Assembly: GCA_963693365.1 (NCBI GenBank)
Contig: CAVNZM010000001.1
Span: 9,874,907 to 9,938,906 of the forward strand
DNA: 64,000 nucleotides
Source: Amoebidium appalachense
Taxonomy: Eukaryota; Protista; Ichthyosporea
Direction: 5' to 3'
Position 1 is the stretch's first letter; every line of letters starts with the position of its first letter. Position numbers and translations under genes: made by a program. Shown here piece after piece: positions 46,754 to 60,922 of the stretch. The notes beneath the pieces are model-generated. The model was given only the letters and a program-made list of their open reading frames with translations. It ran no database searches and was not told where the DNA came from.

Positions 46754-48192
46754 ACCCACCCACCGCCACCACTAAACACGACAATTAACTACGAAGTAAG
46801 ATTTTCACTGTTACATGCCCCCCCCCCCCCCCCCCCCCCCCCCATACCTCTCCCCCCCCCCCCGCCCCCCCCCCCCCGCGGCCCCCCGAGGCCTCCCCCT
46901 CCCCCCTCCCACCCCACCCTTACAAAAAGATATGTGGCGGACCGGCGGTGAATTGAATTGACTTATAATTATAATTGATCCTGTCGGGTTGTTGACTTGA
47001 ATTGACTGGAAGTCGCGACTTAGGGGTGTCTGACTCAATTAACGACCTTAGTGACTTATTGCTAAATATAGTAACATATTTGGAGGCTCCGCGAGAATTA
47101 GAGGGGCGGGACATCTACCCGTCTCTCCCTCCCCCCCCCCCCCCCCCCCCCACGGCAATTCCCTCCCTCCCCACCCCCTCCAAAGTCACCCAAATGTCTT
47201 GCCTGATCATGATGGCTCGGCATGACTTGGCAAAGTCAGGAGCTTTTTTGACTTTAAGTCATGACTCCGAGTCAAGTCACCACATCCCTGCAAGGCTTAG
47301 TGCCTATTATAACACCATCACTACAACCACAAAATGCCGTCTCTACATGTATCCCTTTTTTCATTATGGTGTGCAGTGTACACGTGTGTATATGTGTGTG
47401 CGTGTGTGCGTGTGTGCGTGTGTGCGTGTGTCCTGTACTGACGGAACTTCGCGTTCTTTTTTGCAGGATCACGTTGTGACGTTTGGGCAGTTTGGGCACT
47501 TTGGGGCCATCCGACGATCCAATCAGAAGAGGCCAAAAACGTCTTTGGCCAATCAGAGAGTGCATAATTGTAGATTTCGGCCAATGAAAGCTTCCTAAAT
47601 CGCCACAACTTTTTTGATTCTTTGACGTACGCATAAGGGTTGAAAGTACCAATGATAAGGCGTTTTCATTGAAAAAAAAAGTCGCATTCCAAAGACCTGA
47701 AGGCACCAATGATAAGGCGTTTTCATTGATAGAATCGCATTCCAAAGACCTTCACCGTACACTGAGCGCTTTCTACTTTTTTGTTTGTTTTATAAAAACT
47801 TTTTCTTTATGTTGTATTACGGTAGAAAAAAAAGGGAAACAACACAATCATTTTTTAGTTTTGTTTTCGCTGGTGCCATCTTGTAAAACTTTTCCTCGCA
47901 TCTCGTGCATGGCCATTACCGCCAAATAGTTTCCAGTATTCCAACTTCATGTTCTGTGAAGCCAAAAAGCATATCACGTTGAACCAAAATAAGCTTCCTT
48001 CTTTTTCTTCCCTTCCCATCTTTTCTTGAGCCCATCCCAGACCAAGTCGTGCCGTCGAGCGAATTCCAGCTTTCTGCCCGCTCCCTCCCCCTCAACCCAC
48101 CCCACTTTCCTTCTCTGTTTTTAAATCTCCCCCTTCCCGCATACACCTAAGCATGCACCCACTATTCACCACCCGTGTAACGCCCCAGCAAT

Positions 48193-49872
48193 ATGCACGA
48201 ATCTGTAGGGTCCAAATTTAGCCCAACAGAAACAAAACACCCCGTTAGCACCCACCAACACACCTTATCACCCACGACCACAGGGGTGGATCAAATTTCT
48301 CCAACGGCTGCCAGTTTCACACAAACATCACACGAATCCAGCAGTTATGCAGTTGCCCCCCATGGCGTCTTCAAAACCCCTCCTCGAGACTCTGAGTCCA
48401 TAAGGAGCGGGAAGCAAAGGGCGTCATTAGAGCGTTCCAAAGATGCAGGGATCATCCTTGGCCCCCCAGTCGAAACTGTCTGTGTGGAAACTGAAAACAC
48501 CGAGGACGATAAACCCTTCGAGCAGAGAGAAGCGGCAAGAAGGAGGTTACAAGATGCAACAAGGAGATATAACAGACATGCAGAGCTAATTGCTGAGGAA
48601 TTGGGCCTCCAGAACGAATCCGGACCGGAAGCCCAACTAGAAAAAGCTGCAAACAAGTATAGGGAAAGGCAGGCGGCAAGCGTCGGGGTGTATGTGAGGC
48701 AGACGTTCATCGCGCACGTTGTGGTGCTTATTATAGCCCTGGGTGTGGAAATACTGTTTTTGGCATTATGCGTGCGCGTCACCAATGTCAGCCCGTATTA
48801 TACGGTGCGAACTCAGACAGATGCTCTTAGCTGCGCGCAATCGGCTGTTCTAGGGGCACAACATGCACAACCATATAACGAAACGCTCTACCAGGAGGCG
48901 AATATGTTACTCGATTCACAAGTGCAACTATTCCAAGAGGTGACTGGGAAAGCGAAAGCGCTAGGGTGGCAGCTATACGTATACGAGATTAGTTTTTCGT
49001 TGATAAGTTTTCTTATTGTGGGTGTCATCGGTCTCGTTGTGTTTGCTAAGCGAAGTCACCCAGCTGTAAGATCGCGCGGGCGGGTATACCTCGTTCTACT
49101 CTTCACGGTTTCCCTCGGTGTTGTAACGTCTTCCTTGTTCATGTCCGTAGCCTACCTCGTTCAACTCGGCCAGTTCCCAGCGGATGCCGATTACCATGTT
49201 CCTGAGGTTTTAAACCGGGAGATCCTCTATTTCTCCAACCTAGTTTTTTCTAGTTTTCTCATCGCAATTTTCTTCATCTCGGCATACCTTTCCGTTTTAA
49301 TCATGCGGCAGCGGATGCTTGCGGCGGCCTTCAGCAGTAATGTTATCAGTGCGGGGGTGAAAAAGTTCAGCCCATTGAGATTTACCCTCCTCATGACCGT
49401 TTTGGGGTTCTTGAGTTGTAGCATTACATATTTCATCTGGAGGTTCCGTGACATAGTTCACCCATCGGGGACTCGATATGCCGCTCTCGGCCTTTTACCT
49501 ATAACATTGATATACGGCCCGGTTTTATTGTATTATATCTTTAAGTCGCGGAGGACGTCTATCCAGTTCAACGATTTCTACTCGAATTTGCGAACAATGT
49601 TGGCTTTGGTCGTGACATTTGGTGTCCTGATGACATACAGCATGATAAACCCCCACCACATAATTTCCGCATTCGTTGGATATTCGTCCATCCTCCGGTT
49701 TGTCGTTTCCGTGCAGACACTGGACCAATTCGCTACCCAGGTTATCCAAGCACGTTGGGATATGCCCCACACGACGGCAGATTTGCGGGGTCCAAGCACA
49801 TTGACGGCGCGAATTTTCAATTGGACGTTGCCTTTAACTGCCAGGCCAAGGACACGACCACAGCTTCAGCAG
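48193..49872 (+). CDS. Multi-pass membrane protein, class C GPCR-like or 7TM-RGS-like transmembrane domain; first exon, downstream exons unresolved
   Basis: 560-codon open exon ending CAG|GTATGG. One isolated hydrophobic helix is followed by about seven more; KRSHPAVRSRG follows TM1 and FNDF precedes TM6. Confidence 0.7.
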
Positions 49873-49932
49873 GTATGGTGTGGCTTGAGTTCCTCCCCCC
49901 CCTTCCCCCCCCCCCCCCCCCCCCCCCCCCCC

Positions 49933-50047
49933 GGGCGCTTATGACACGTAATGTGCGCATTGCTGATGTTGCATACTTGAATGTTTGCTTTTGCATTTGT
50001 CCCGTACCATGATTCTCGTGTATGTGTACTTCGTACCGTGTTCCGCC
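49933..50047 (+). repeat. Intronic dispersed element, copy 3 (5'-trimmed)
   Basis: GCTTATGACACGTAATGTGCGCATTGCTGATGTTGCATACTTGAATGTTTGC..TTCGTACCGTGTTCCGC between two poly-C tracts, 60 nt after the donor. Confidence 0.85.
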
Positions 50048-50615
50048 TCCCCCCCCCCCCCCCCCCCCCCCCCTCCCCCCCCCCCAGGCACAGCCACCTC
50101 CACCGCTCTTGAAAAACCATGTGCACACAAACACAATTGAAAGTACTGACATCAGGTGCGGCAGCAGGAGACACGAACACATTATCAAGTACACGCACAT
50201 GCACGGGTGCACGTGCGCACACACACACACACACACACTTACACACTTACACATGCACCTTGGCGGGAATGTGAGTTTACACGTGTGCACATACACAGGC
50301 TAGTACTGTACACGTGGCTCACAGACTTACATGGTGGCACAGTGGCACACATACACACCTACTCGCTCTCTTTCCTCTGTCATTCGATTTCTCATTTCAC
50401 TTGCCCACTCACCCTTTCAGAAGTCTATGGGCACATGTTTATTCCCCGAAGTTTCTAAATAGAAAATCTGCCGGTTTTTCAGAGTTTGCTTTGATGCCGA
50501 TGGTGGCAAGGTTTGGTAACTGGTGTGGTATGTACTACAGGTGCAAGCGTTAAACCAGATTCACGTTTTGGATGATACGGAAAGGAGGGAGGGAGGGAGG
50601 GATCCGCGGGCGCGT

Positions 50616-50651
<36 letters not shown>

Positions 50652-51242
50652 CGCGACATGCAGGAGCAGGCTTCGATATACAGGGCAAGGGTGCCACACA
50701 CACACCCCATAGTCCCTCTTGAAATTAAAAATAAAAAACTAACAATGTGGCACAGTTGTATGATATTTTTTTAAAACTAACAATATGTTAACCTCGCAGA
50801 CCACACCTAGCCCCAAGGCCGGTGCCGACAATATGTTAACCTCGCTGACCACACCTAGCCCCAAGGCCGGCGCCAATGGTTCAGAGGTCGAACGGCCGAA
50901 TATGTTCGTGACTACCGAATATCCCGCATGATTTTATGTTTTATCCATCTGTGAGGTATCATCTTAGAGACAAGTTGCTGCAGAACCGTGACATGACACC
51001 TGCGCAGTATTTGCCACAAATTCAAAACACAAATATATACAATCACACACGTTTTCGCTTGCGTGCATTCTGAGCTATTTTAGTATTTATATAAGGTATG
51101 CCATAGTGAACAATGCTGTTAACCTCCTTTCTGTATGCAGGGAGCAACTAGTACTCTGTACATACATGTATACTTGATGAATAGTTCTCCACTGTGTTGT
51201 AGCCAAGATTTATTTATTGTTTAGAATGCTATGAATGAATAG

Positions 51243-51514
51243 TAATTTCGCTCAATTATACAGGTCAATTGCTTTCTGTTGCTGGGCGTGAACATCGTGC
51301 GCACGCGGCAGGAACACGTGTTTAGTTACGTTATGTATGTATTCTCGTCCCTAAGCTTGACGGCCAGCATCGATGTTGTTATTAATTTCGCTCAATTATA
51401 CATGTCCATTGCTTTCTGTTGCTGGGCGTGAACATCGTGCGCACGTGGCAGGAACACATGTTGAATTACGTTAAGTATCTATTCTCGTCCCTAAGCTTGA
51501 TGGCCAGCATCGAT
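51243..51514. repeat. ~140-bp direct tandem duplication; smaller ones at 50779-50874, 46519-46627 and 47646-47750
   Basis: TAATTTCGCTCAATTATACA..GGCCAGCATCGATG is present twice with a few substitutions. Confidence 0.9.
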
Positions 51515-52539
51515 GGTTGTTTCAAAAATTAACACAATGCAGGAGGCATTGCAGGAGGCATTTCTGGAGTGTATGATCGACAAATATGTTTGAAGCGGAG
51601 CCATGAGCATGAAATGCACGTGGCAGAAAATCATCATCCCGGATTATTATATTTGTGATGGTGATTCTCGATATCTATCTGCTTTACCTATACACCCCAC
51701 GCCGAAACTAATAATTCAGTTTATACAGTTCACTATCCAGTTAGGATTCACAACCGGCCTTCGATTTAAATTCATGGCAACCGTTACCTACGTAGGTATA
51801 CCACTCAGTATGCTGTCCTATTCAAAGGGCCCATCGATCACCAGGCGGAATGCAAGCCTTGTATACGTACGTGATGGACTAGTTGATAAAAGTTTTTGAG
51901 ACCTGCCCGCGGAAGCCTGTTACTGTGAAAAACGCTTCTACGCACACAGCTACATATACAAAGTCATACAAAGCGAGGTTCCCCTTTGGTACATACGTAT
52001 TGCAGTGCCAGTAGCCGTTGCATTGTAAAAGACCAATATCCATATTGGGGTTTAACAAAGTGATACTGTTGGCTTTCACGGGTTATTTGGTGGCGGGAAA
52101 TTCAAATCTTTTGGGCTTCCGCGATCTGGCTGTGCCCAGCACCACGGCTGTACCATATGTACAGAGCGTGTTGTGTTTTTTTGCGTGTTAACCATCAGAA
52201 GGAATTCAAAAACAGGCTCTTAGACCTCTCCAACAAGAACCTTAATGTATAGAAAGGCGATAGAGTAGAACTAAAAGGTGTTCCAGCAGAAGTCTTCGTG
52301 CCCCCGAACACACACACTGCTCATGAGATGGTCTAGACTTCAAGTTTTATAGGTGGTTTGCATAATACAAAGAACAACAACAACACAGATGCTTCACAGA
52401 ATATCTTGAATCTCGGGGAAAAATAATCATAATGCATATTAGTGAAGCTTAATACACTATATGGGCAATTGGCGCTCCCACATCGATAAAGACTCTGTAC
52501 TAACCTTAGGAGAGGAAGAGTTGGGCACGTCCAGAAAAC

Positions 52540-53595
52540 ATGGACACAGATCTTTCGTACAACGGCGCCGAACCGGGGAGATGGAGTGACCCGGGAGCAG
52601 GAGACGTTCTTTATATAAACCAGGTATGTTCGCGCCTTTTTGAATGGGAGTGTGAGGGAAATCACGAGGACGAACGTGCAGCCAGAATGGAAGTGAAGCC
52701 GAAGGGAATGTGCTTTGATGTGTCAAAGAGAGCGTCCTTTGTCACGCAGTAGGGAAGGGGTGTAAAATCTACTCAATGTCGTGTGTGTTGGTGGGGAATA
52801 GAAAGATATTCTAAAGAGAAAACATTTAATAGTGAAAACCCTCTTTCTTGTTTAAAATTTGGGCCCCAATACCTTGTTTCCCGAAAGTGAGTTGGTCTTG
52901 AGGAGTTACACACAACTTTTTCTGACATGGTTCATTCATCCTCTTAAGAAAATGGCACCCCACCGCGGATTCTTATCATATCTACACCTCTCACATTTTT
53001 CCTAAGTCGCTCCTTTCCACCTTTTTACCTTCTCCCCCGCTCCCTTCCCCTCCCTCCCCCCCCCCCCCCCCCCCTCCCCCCCCCCCCCCCCCCCCCTCCC
53101 GCCTTTCCCACCTCCCCTCTCATCATCTGCCCCGTCATCCCACTCTGTGCCTCATCTCCCTTCATTCGCCTATTTTATCTTGCTGTGAACATAGCAGCTA
53201 ACCTAACCTCCTCTTCCCCCTTCCCCCTTCCCCCCCTCCCCTTTTCTGTTTCCCTTTGGCCAAATCACACACCTCCCCCCCCCCCCCCCTCCCACACACA
53301 CACACAAAAAAAAAACCTCTGATCGATTCCCCAACGCGACCTCCCCCTTTCCTCCCCACACCTCTGCACCTCATGCAAATACACGCACACACACACACAC
53401 TCTCTCTCTCTCTCTCTGACATAGCAAACCCAATCTTTCCTCCCTTCTAACCCCTCCCCCCTCCACCCCCTCCCCTCCCCTCCTTCCGCCTTCCCTCCTT
53501 TCCCCCGCCACACTTTCCCATTCCCCAAGCCACATATGCACCCACATGCCCCGATTCAAACACATACACACACGCACATGCACACACGCACACAC

Positions 53596-53630
<35 letters not shown>

Positions 53631-54381
53631 TATACACACTAGCAACCCCCCCCCCCCCCTCCCCCCTCCACCCCTCCTTCCTCCCCCTATTCCCTTCTCC
53701 CCCCCCCCCCCCCCCCCCTTCTTCTTCCCCCTCTTCCCCTACCTCCTTCTCGTATTATCCCTCTTCCCTCCCCTCCCCCCTCCCCTCCCCTTACCTTCCC
53801 CCCTTTCTTCCCCTGTTTTTCCCTCCAGGTTCTCACAAACACAGGCTGTCCGACCATCCTCTCCCTCAGCAACGCGGATGAGAAACTACGAAACAATGTG
53901 ATTTCGGTAGTTTCACACCTCCTTCGTGTCCATGCCGACCACGAGGGAGAGAGGGACGTGTGGGAGTCTGGCTTGGTGAGGGCCCGGGAGAAGGAGAATG
54001 ACTTGCATGCTACTGTCGGGAGGTTGAGGGAAACTATCGAGGTGAGTGTGGAAGGGGGGAGGGGGGGAGGGACAGAGGGACGGAATGGTTTGTGTGTGCA
54101 GGGTGTGGGTGTGTGTTTCTGTGTGTGTGTGTGTGTGTGTGTTCGTGTTCGTGTCAGTATGTATGTGTCTGTCAAGTGTGTGTGCTTGTGTTTGTGTGTA
54201 TGTGTGTGTGTGTGGGGGGGGGGGGGGGGTGGAGGTGAGGGGGGGGGGGGGGGGGGAGTGGGAAGGGAGGGGGGAAGTGAACGGTGAGGGCTAGAATGCC
54301 ACTATCGGTAGGCTGAAAGAACCTATCGAGGTGGATGTGGTGGGGAAGATTGGGAGGGTGTGAGTGTGTAGGTGGGTGGGT

Positions 54382-54413
<32 letters not shown>

Positions 54414-54569
54414 GGGTCTGTGTGTGTGTGCAGAGAGAGAGTGTGTATGTGTGGTGTGTCTGTGTCTGTGTCTGTGTGGGTGGACGTGGACGTGGACGTG
54501 GATGTGGATGTGGGGGTCGGTGGGTGTTTTAGTGAGTTGGTGTGTGTATGTGGGGAGCTGGAGGGGAGG

Positions 54570-54626
<57 letters not shown>

Positions 54627-54916
54627 CCTGTGTAGGGGGGGGAGGGGGGGGACTAGTGATTGTCGGAGAAAAAAGCAATATAGCATTTTGTGCATGCCAC
54701 TATACGGAGGTCGAGGGGAGCCAGTGATTAGGGTGTCTGGACTGGGTTCTCGAGGGGGGGGGGGGGGGGGGGGGGGGAGGGGAGGGGGGCATGGTACAAT
54801 CGAAAAGTTTGAAGATAGTGGTTGGATTGGTTGAGTGGATATTTTGGTGTGTATGTGTGTGGGTGTTGAATGAGACCGGAGGGCAGGGAAAAGTGTGTGT
54901 GCGCGCGCGTGTGTGT

Positions 54917-54948
<32 letters not shown>

Positions 54949-55317
54949 CGTTGGGGGAGGGGGGGGGGGGGGGGGGGGCTGGGGGTTAAAAATAGTCTGC
55001 GTACAGTTCTCTTGACAGCGTGAAGCATGGTATTGAGTGCGTGGGCCAGTCTTTGTGTGTGTTTTGGGGAGGCGGGGTTGGTGTATGTGTGTGGGTGGGT
55101 GGGTGGGTGGTTGCCTCCCGTTGTTGCTTCCGTTCATTTCTCGTTTTCACTGGTGCATTCCAGTTATGTAAATGCCTTTCTTGTTTTCATCCTCTTTCCT
55201 GTTTCCTTCCATCTTTCTTGCCGTTTATTATTTCCTTCTCTCCCCCCCCCTACCCCCCCCCCCCCCCCCCCCCCCCTCCCTCTTCCCCCTCCCCCCGCAC
55301 GCACGCACACACACACA

Positions 55318-55365
<48 letters not shown>

Positions 55366-55602
55366 CACACTTTTTCCCTTTTTTCTTTCTTTCTCCACTT
55401 TTCCCCACTTTCAGGCTTCCGAGCAGCGATGTGCTCAGGCAGAGATGAAGTGGCAGCAGTGTGTGGCCGAGGTGGACAGGCGCAAATTGGAGAATATCCG
55501 CCTCAAGGAGGAGGTTTGTGAGATGCATTTTTTCTAACTCGATTTTGCCTTTCCCCCCCTCTTCCCCCCATAAGAAAAAGTACCCATCCCTCCCCTCTTC
55601 CT

Positions 55603-55634
<32 letters not shown>

Positions 55635-56024
55635 CCCCCCCCCGGGTCCGTATTATGTTATTATTATTATTATTACTATTATTATTATTATTTGGAGGAG
55701 GGAGAGGGGGGGGGGGGGGGGAAGCTCTATGAGTTCGTCTCGACTGCTGTTGCGATGTTTGTTTGCTTTAATCTGTCGAGGTTGGAAGGGGGGAGGGGGG
55801 GGGGAGGGGGCGCTGGCTACACCATGAAGAAGGCGAGTCACTTTACATGTAGGTCATGGCACACACACACACACACACACACAATCACAACACCTGCATC
55901 GCCCCACCATCCCCCACTTCCCCCTGCATCTATTAGGCAACCTCTTCACATGTGGTTTGCACGCAGCATTGTGTTGTCCGTTCAGGAAGATTTACTTCCT
56001 TCTCCATTGCACATTCTTACCCCC

Positions 56025-56055
<31 letters not shown>

Positions 56056-56076
56056 AAAAAAAAAAAAAAATCTGCA

Positions 56077-56123
<47 letters not shown>

Positions 56124-56147
56124 TACACAAACACACACAACATGCCC

Positions 56148-56181
<34 letters not shown>

Positions 56182-56971
56182 ATCCCCCTGCACACACATA
56201 CACACACAACACAAACACACACTACACCCCTGCCCCTTCCTCCCATCCTCCCTCCCTCCCCCCCCCCTCCCCCCCCTCCGCCCCCGCGGGGCACACACAC
56301 ACACACACAAACAGGTAAACCGGCTCAACTCCATTATCAAGAACAACGAGACCCACTACATTCACAAGCTCACCCGCACGGAACAAGATTGCCAGAAGCT
56401 CCAGGAAAAACTCTCCAAGATGCTGCGATCACAAATTCCAAAGGGGGGGTCCGGAGCGCCCGCAATTAAGGTGGTGGGGGGTCCATCGTTGCTAAAACCG
56501 AAATTGGGGGCGGCGAGGGCTACGGCGGTCGATTTTGACCACAGTGGATACGTGGAGGTGGGGTTTCCCATCTACAACCCTCGTCCCTTAATTCCCCCCC
56601 CCCAGATCACCACACTCTCCCTCCCTTCCTCCTTCTCTCCCCCTCTCTCTCTCCCTTTCCCTCTCTCTGTCCCCCCCCCCCCCCCCCCCCCCCCCTCCCC
56701 CCATCAATCTCTCTCTTCCTCTTCATGTCCTCTGTTAGATACTGGTGTGTCCTTTCCAATCCGTTTTCTCATCCACCCATTCGACTTTCACACCAAGATC
56801 ATGCATAAGAGCAACTAACCCTTCCACACTCACCAGGTGCGCATGCCCGCGCGCAAACATACGTGCACACACACACACACATTCACAAGCACAGGCGCAC
56901 ACACACACACATTCACAAGCGCATCCGCGCGCGCGCATGCGGGCGCGCACGCACACACACAATCACAAGCG

Positions 56972-57002
<31 letters not shown>

Positions 57003-57369
57003 TACCATCGCCAGATTCTCGCCCCCCCCCCCCCCCCCCCCCCCAACCTGCCCACTTTTCCCCTGTTCCCCCCCCCCCCCCCCCCCCCCCCTTCCCCCCC
57101 CCTTTCCAGTCAGCAGGACTCCTAGTCTGTTAGAATTTTATGTTTCCTGTTTGCCATTTCTGTTTCTCACCTGCACGTATAGTGTGCCCCTCCCCCTCCC
57201 CCTCTTCCCTCTCCTCTCTCTCCGTCCTTCCCCTCCCTCCTCTTCTCCTCCACCCCCGCTCCCTCCCTTTCAAGTCCACAGGGCTTCTAGTCGGCTATAG
57301 TTCTATGATTTATTTTCACCGTTTTTTCTGTTGCTCAAATGCTTCTTCCATTGCACACGTATTTTGTGC

Positions 57370-57408
<39 letters not shown>

Positions 57409-57750
57409 TTCCTCCCCGGCGCCGCGCTCCCCTCCCTCCCTCCGTTTCCAGTCCGCAGGACTCCTATGTAGTTTTATAAAGTTTCATAATTCAAATTTAC
57501 CGTTTTTTTCTTTTTTTTTGACCCGCTCCTTTCATTGCACACGTATTGTGTGTGCCCCCCTCTCCCCCCCCCCCCTTTTTCCCCTCCGTTTTCAGTCCCC
57601 AGGACTCCTAGTTTAGTAAAGTTTTATACTTCATGTTTACTTTTTTTTCCTTTTTTAACCCACCCCTCATTGCACACAGTTGAGGCAGGTAAATACTGTC
57701 CTTTTGACGTTAGAATTCTGTTCCTCGTTTGCTATTTCTGTTTCTCATCC

Positions 57751-57781
<31 letters not shown>

Positions 57782-58122
57782 ACCTCCCCTCATCTATTGC
57801 ACACAGTCCGGGCAGACAAGTCGTTGCCGGAAGCTGGAGGCGGATGCTTTGAAGCTGCGGTCGTTGGTGGAGACAGTCAGTGCACAGATACACACACAGA
57901 TTGCTGACTTTAAGGGTATGTGGAACATGCGCACGTGCACAGACACGTACATGTATACACACACACCCACACACATGTATACACATACACAAAGACACAC
58001 ACACAGATTGCTGACGTCAAAGTTGTGTGGAATATGCACACACATGCATACGCATACACGCACGCGCACGCGCACATATAGATGCATGCATATATACACA
58101 CATGCATACACACACACACATG

Positions 58123-58162
<40 letters not shown>

Positions 58163-58733
58163 CACGCACACATGTACATGCACACACACACAGGCACACA
58201 TGTATACATCCACACGTACATAGATATACACACAGACCACTCGGACTTCAGAGGGGCCTTGCTGATATGCCACACATACACACTCCAACACACACTCTCA
58301 CACGTGCACATACAAGCACACACATGCACGCACACGAATACACATGCACACTCACGCACACAAGCGCACACACACAAACACTGGCACACACAAGCACACA
58401 ACATGCACCAGCACACACACAATCCGCCCTTTCCGTCTCCTATCCTCCCCCCCCCCCTCCCACCCCCAAACACACACAAGCACTCCCACCCCTTCCAGCC
58501 TTACCCCTCCCCTCCCCACTCTTCCTCTACCCGCAGGGCAAAAAAAAAAAAAAAAAAAAAAAAGGGGCGCCTGACCAATGATGTATAACGTTCTCTAGCA
58601 AAGCATAATCAACCTGACGTTTAGTTATTAGACCCATATATGGTCTGATTTGGTTGAATCTGATTGGTGCAGATGGGGACCAGGATGAGTCATTCGAGGG
58701 CCCTGTGAGGTAAGAACCCCCCCCCCTCCCCCC

Positions 58734-58764
<31 letters not shown>

Positions 58765-59314
58765 AAACACAAAAAGAAATAATAATAAGAACTTGAAAAA
58801 TAATATAGAGTAAGAAGAGGAAAAAAGATGAAATGAACAAAAGATTCAACACAACTGTGTCCCCCCCTTCCCCCCCCCCCCCCCCAATCACCACCACCAC
58901 CACCAAAAAAAAAATGAATAGATAAATGAAATATAATAAATGTAAAGTAAGAAAAAAATGATGAAATGATAAAATAAGTATAAAACTTCTAAAACTGCAT
59001 TCCCCACTGCATCCCCCCCCCCCCCCCCCCCCCCCTTTTTCTTTCTCTCACGGTCAACCGCGAGGACAAGTACAAACAACTTTGTGTTCAAAACCATCGC
59101 CGAATGAGCCTCTTCCCCTAAGTTGAAGAACGAAGCTATCTCATTCTACGTTGCATTGGAACACTGTTTGAGATTTTACGAGTACGTGGGGGGTTTTCAC
59201 TCAAAGTCTATCACTAATTTTAAGGTGTATGGGAGTTGGATATTTTTTCAAAACGTATCATCGTTGGACACTTTTTTTTTAATATGTGGGACCTCTGCTG
59301 GAACAATCGTCCCT

Positions 59315-59355
<41 letters not shown>

Positions 59356-59639
59356 CCCCCCCGCAGGGGCTTCCTGCTAGAGAATGAATTCTGCTTATGT
59401 TGCATACTGCGCGTGTTGCTGATGTTGCATAGTTGCTTGTTTGCCCTTTGCACGTCCTGCACCGTGTTTCTCATCTTTCAGTTGTACTTTGCATAATGTT
59501 CCGCATTCTAACCCCCACCTTCCTCTCCGAATTCTCTGACATCTCCTTCCACACACACACATCTACACACATCTACACACACACACACGCACACACACAC
59601 ACACACACTTCCCCTACACAACACGCCGACACACACATC

Positions 59640-59690
<51 letters not shown>

Positions 59691-60253
59691 ACTACACACA
59701 TGCATATGCACACGAAAACACACACATACTCTTCTCCCCAGGCCACTTTCTTCCCTTGTTTTCCAGCAACCCCTCGATCGCGTGCATGAGCTGGTGACGG
59801 CCCACGTGGCCACATGTTGCAACCTGATTGGTCAGTGGGCACGTGACTCCCTGGAACGGGCTCAGGGGATGGAGGAGGTGCAATGTAAGTGTGTGTGCGG
59901 GTTGACGTGTGTGTGTGTGTGTGGGTTGACGTGTGTGTGTGCGCGTGTGTCTGAGTCTGAGTGCGGGTGTGGGTGTGTGTGTGTGTGTGTATGTGTGTTT
60001 GTGTGTGTCTGTGTACATGTTTGGTATGCCTGTGTAGACCTGTCTTTTTATCTTTGGGTGTCTGTGTATACGTGCTTGCGTGCCTCTCTCTGTTTTTCTT
60101 TAAAGAAAAGGTGAGGAGGGAGGGGGGGTGGCTCCGAGGGGGAAAGGGGGGGGGGGGGGGGGGGGGGAGGGCTCCCATCTGTTTATAGCGATTATATTCT
60201 GGGTTGTGCGGGTGTAATCACACAGGCAGCATGGGTAGATTTTGACTGACGTG

Positions 60254-60294
<41 letters not shown>

Positions 60295-60878
60295 CCCCTC
60301 CTTCCCCTCACCTCCGGTCCCCAAGACAGACACGTACACTTATACACACGTATAAACATAAACATACACACGTATAAACTTACACATACACGTACACACA
60401 CACACGTACACCGGAACGTACAAACACAAACGCGTACACACACATACACGTACACACACACACACGTGTACACAAGCACGTACACACACACACACGTACA
60501 CACACATACACGTACACACACATACACGTACACACACATACACGTACACACACACACACGTGCACACAAGCACTTACACACACATACACGTACACACACA
60601 TACACGTACACACACACGTACACACACATACACGTACACACACATACACGTACACGCGTACACAGCCTGCGACCACGAAGACACCATATCCCGCCTGCAC
60701 CAGGAATTGGAGAGGTGGCAGGGGATAGCAGAGGCACACGGGGGGGTTCTTCAGGCATACATTGATGGACCCCCACGGCCGGGTGAAATTGGGCCAAATT
60801 ACAGACTTACGGAGGAGATTGAGTGGATACACAGGCAGAAGAAAGATTTGGAGGTGCATTTTCAATTACCGCCCCCCT

Positions 60879-60922
<44 letters not shown>

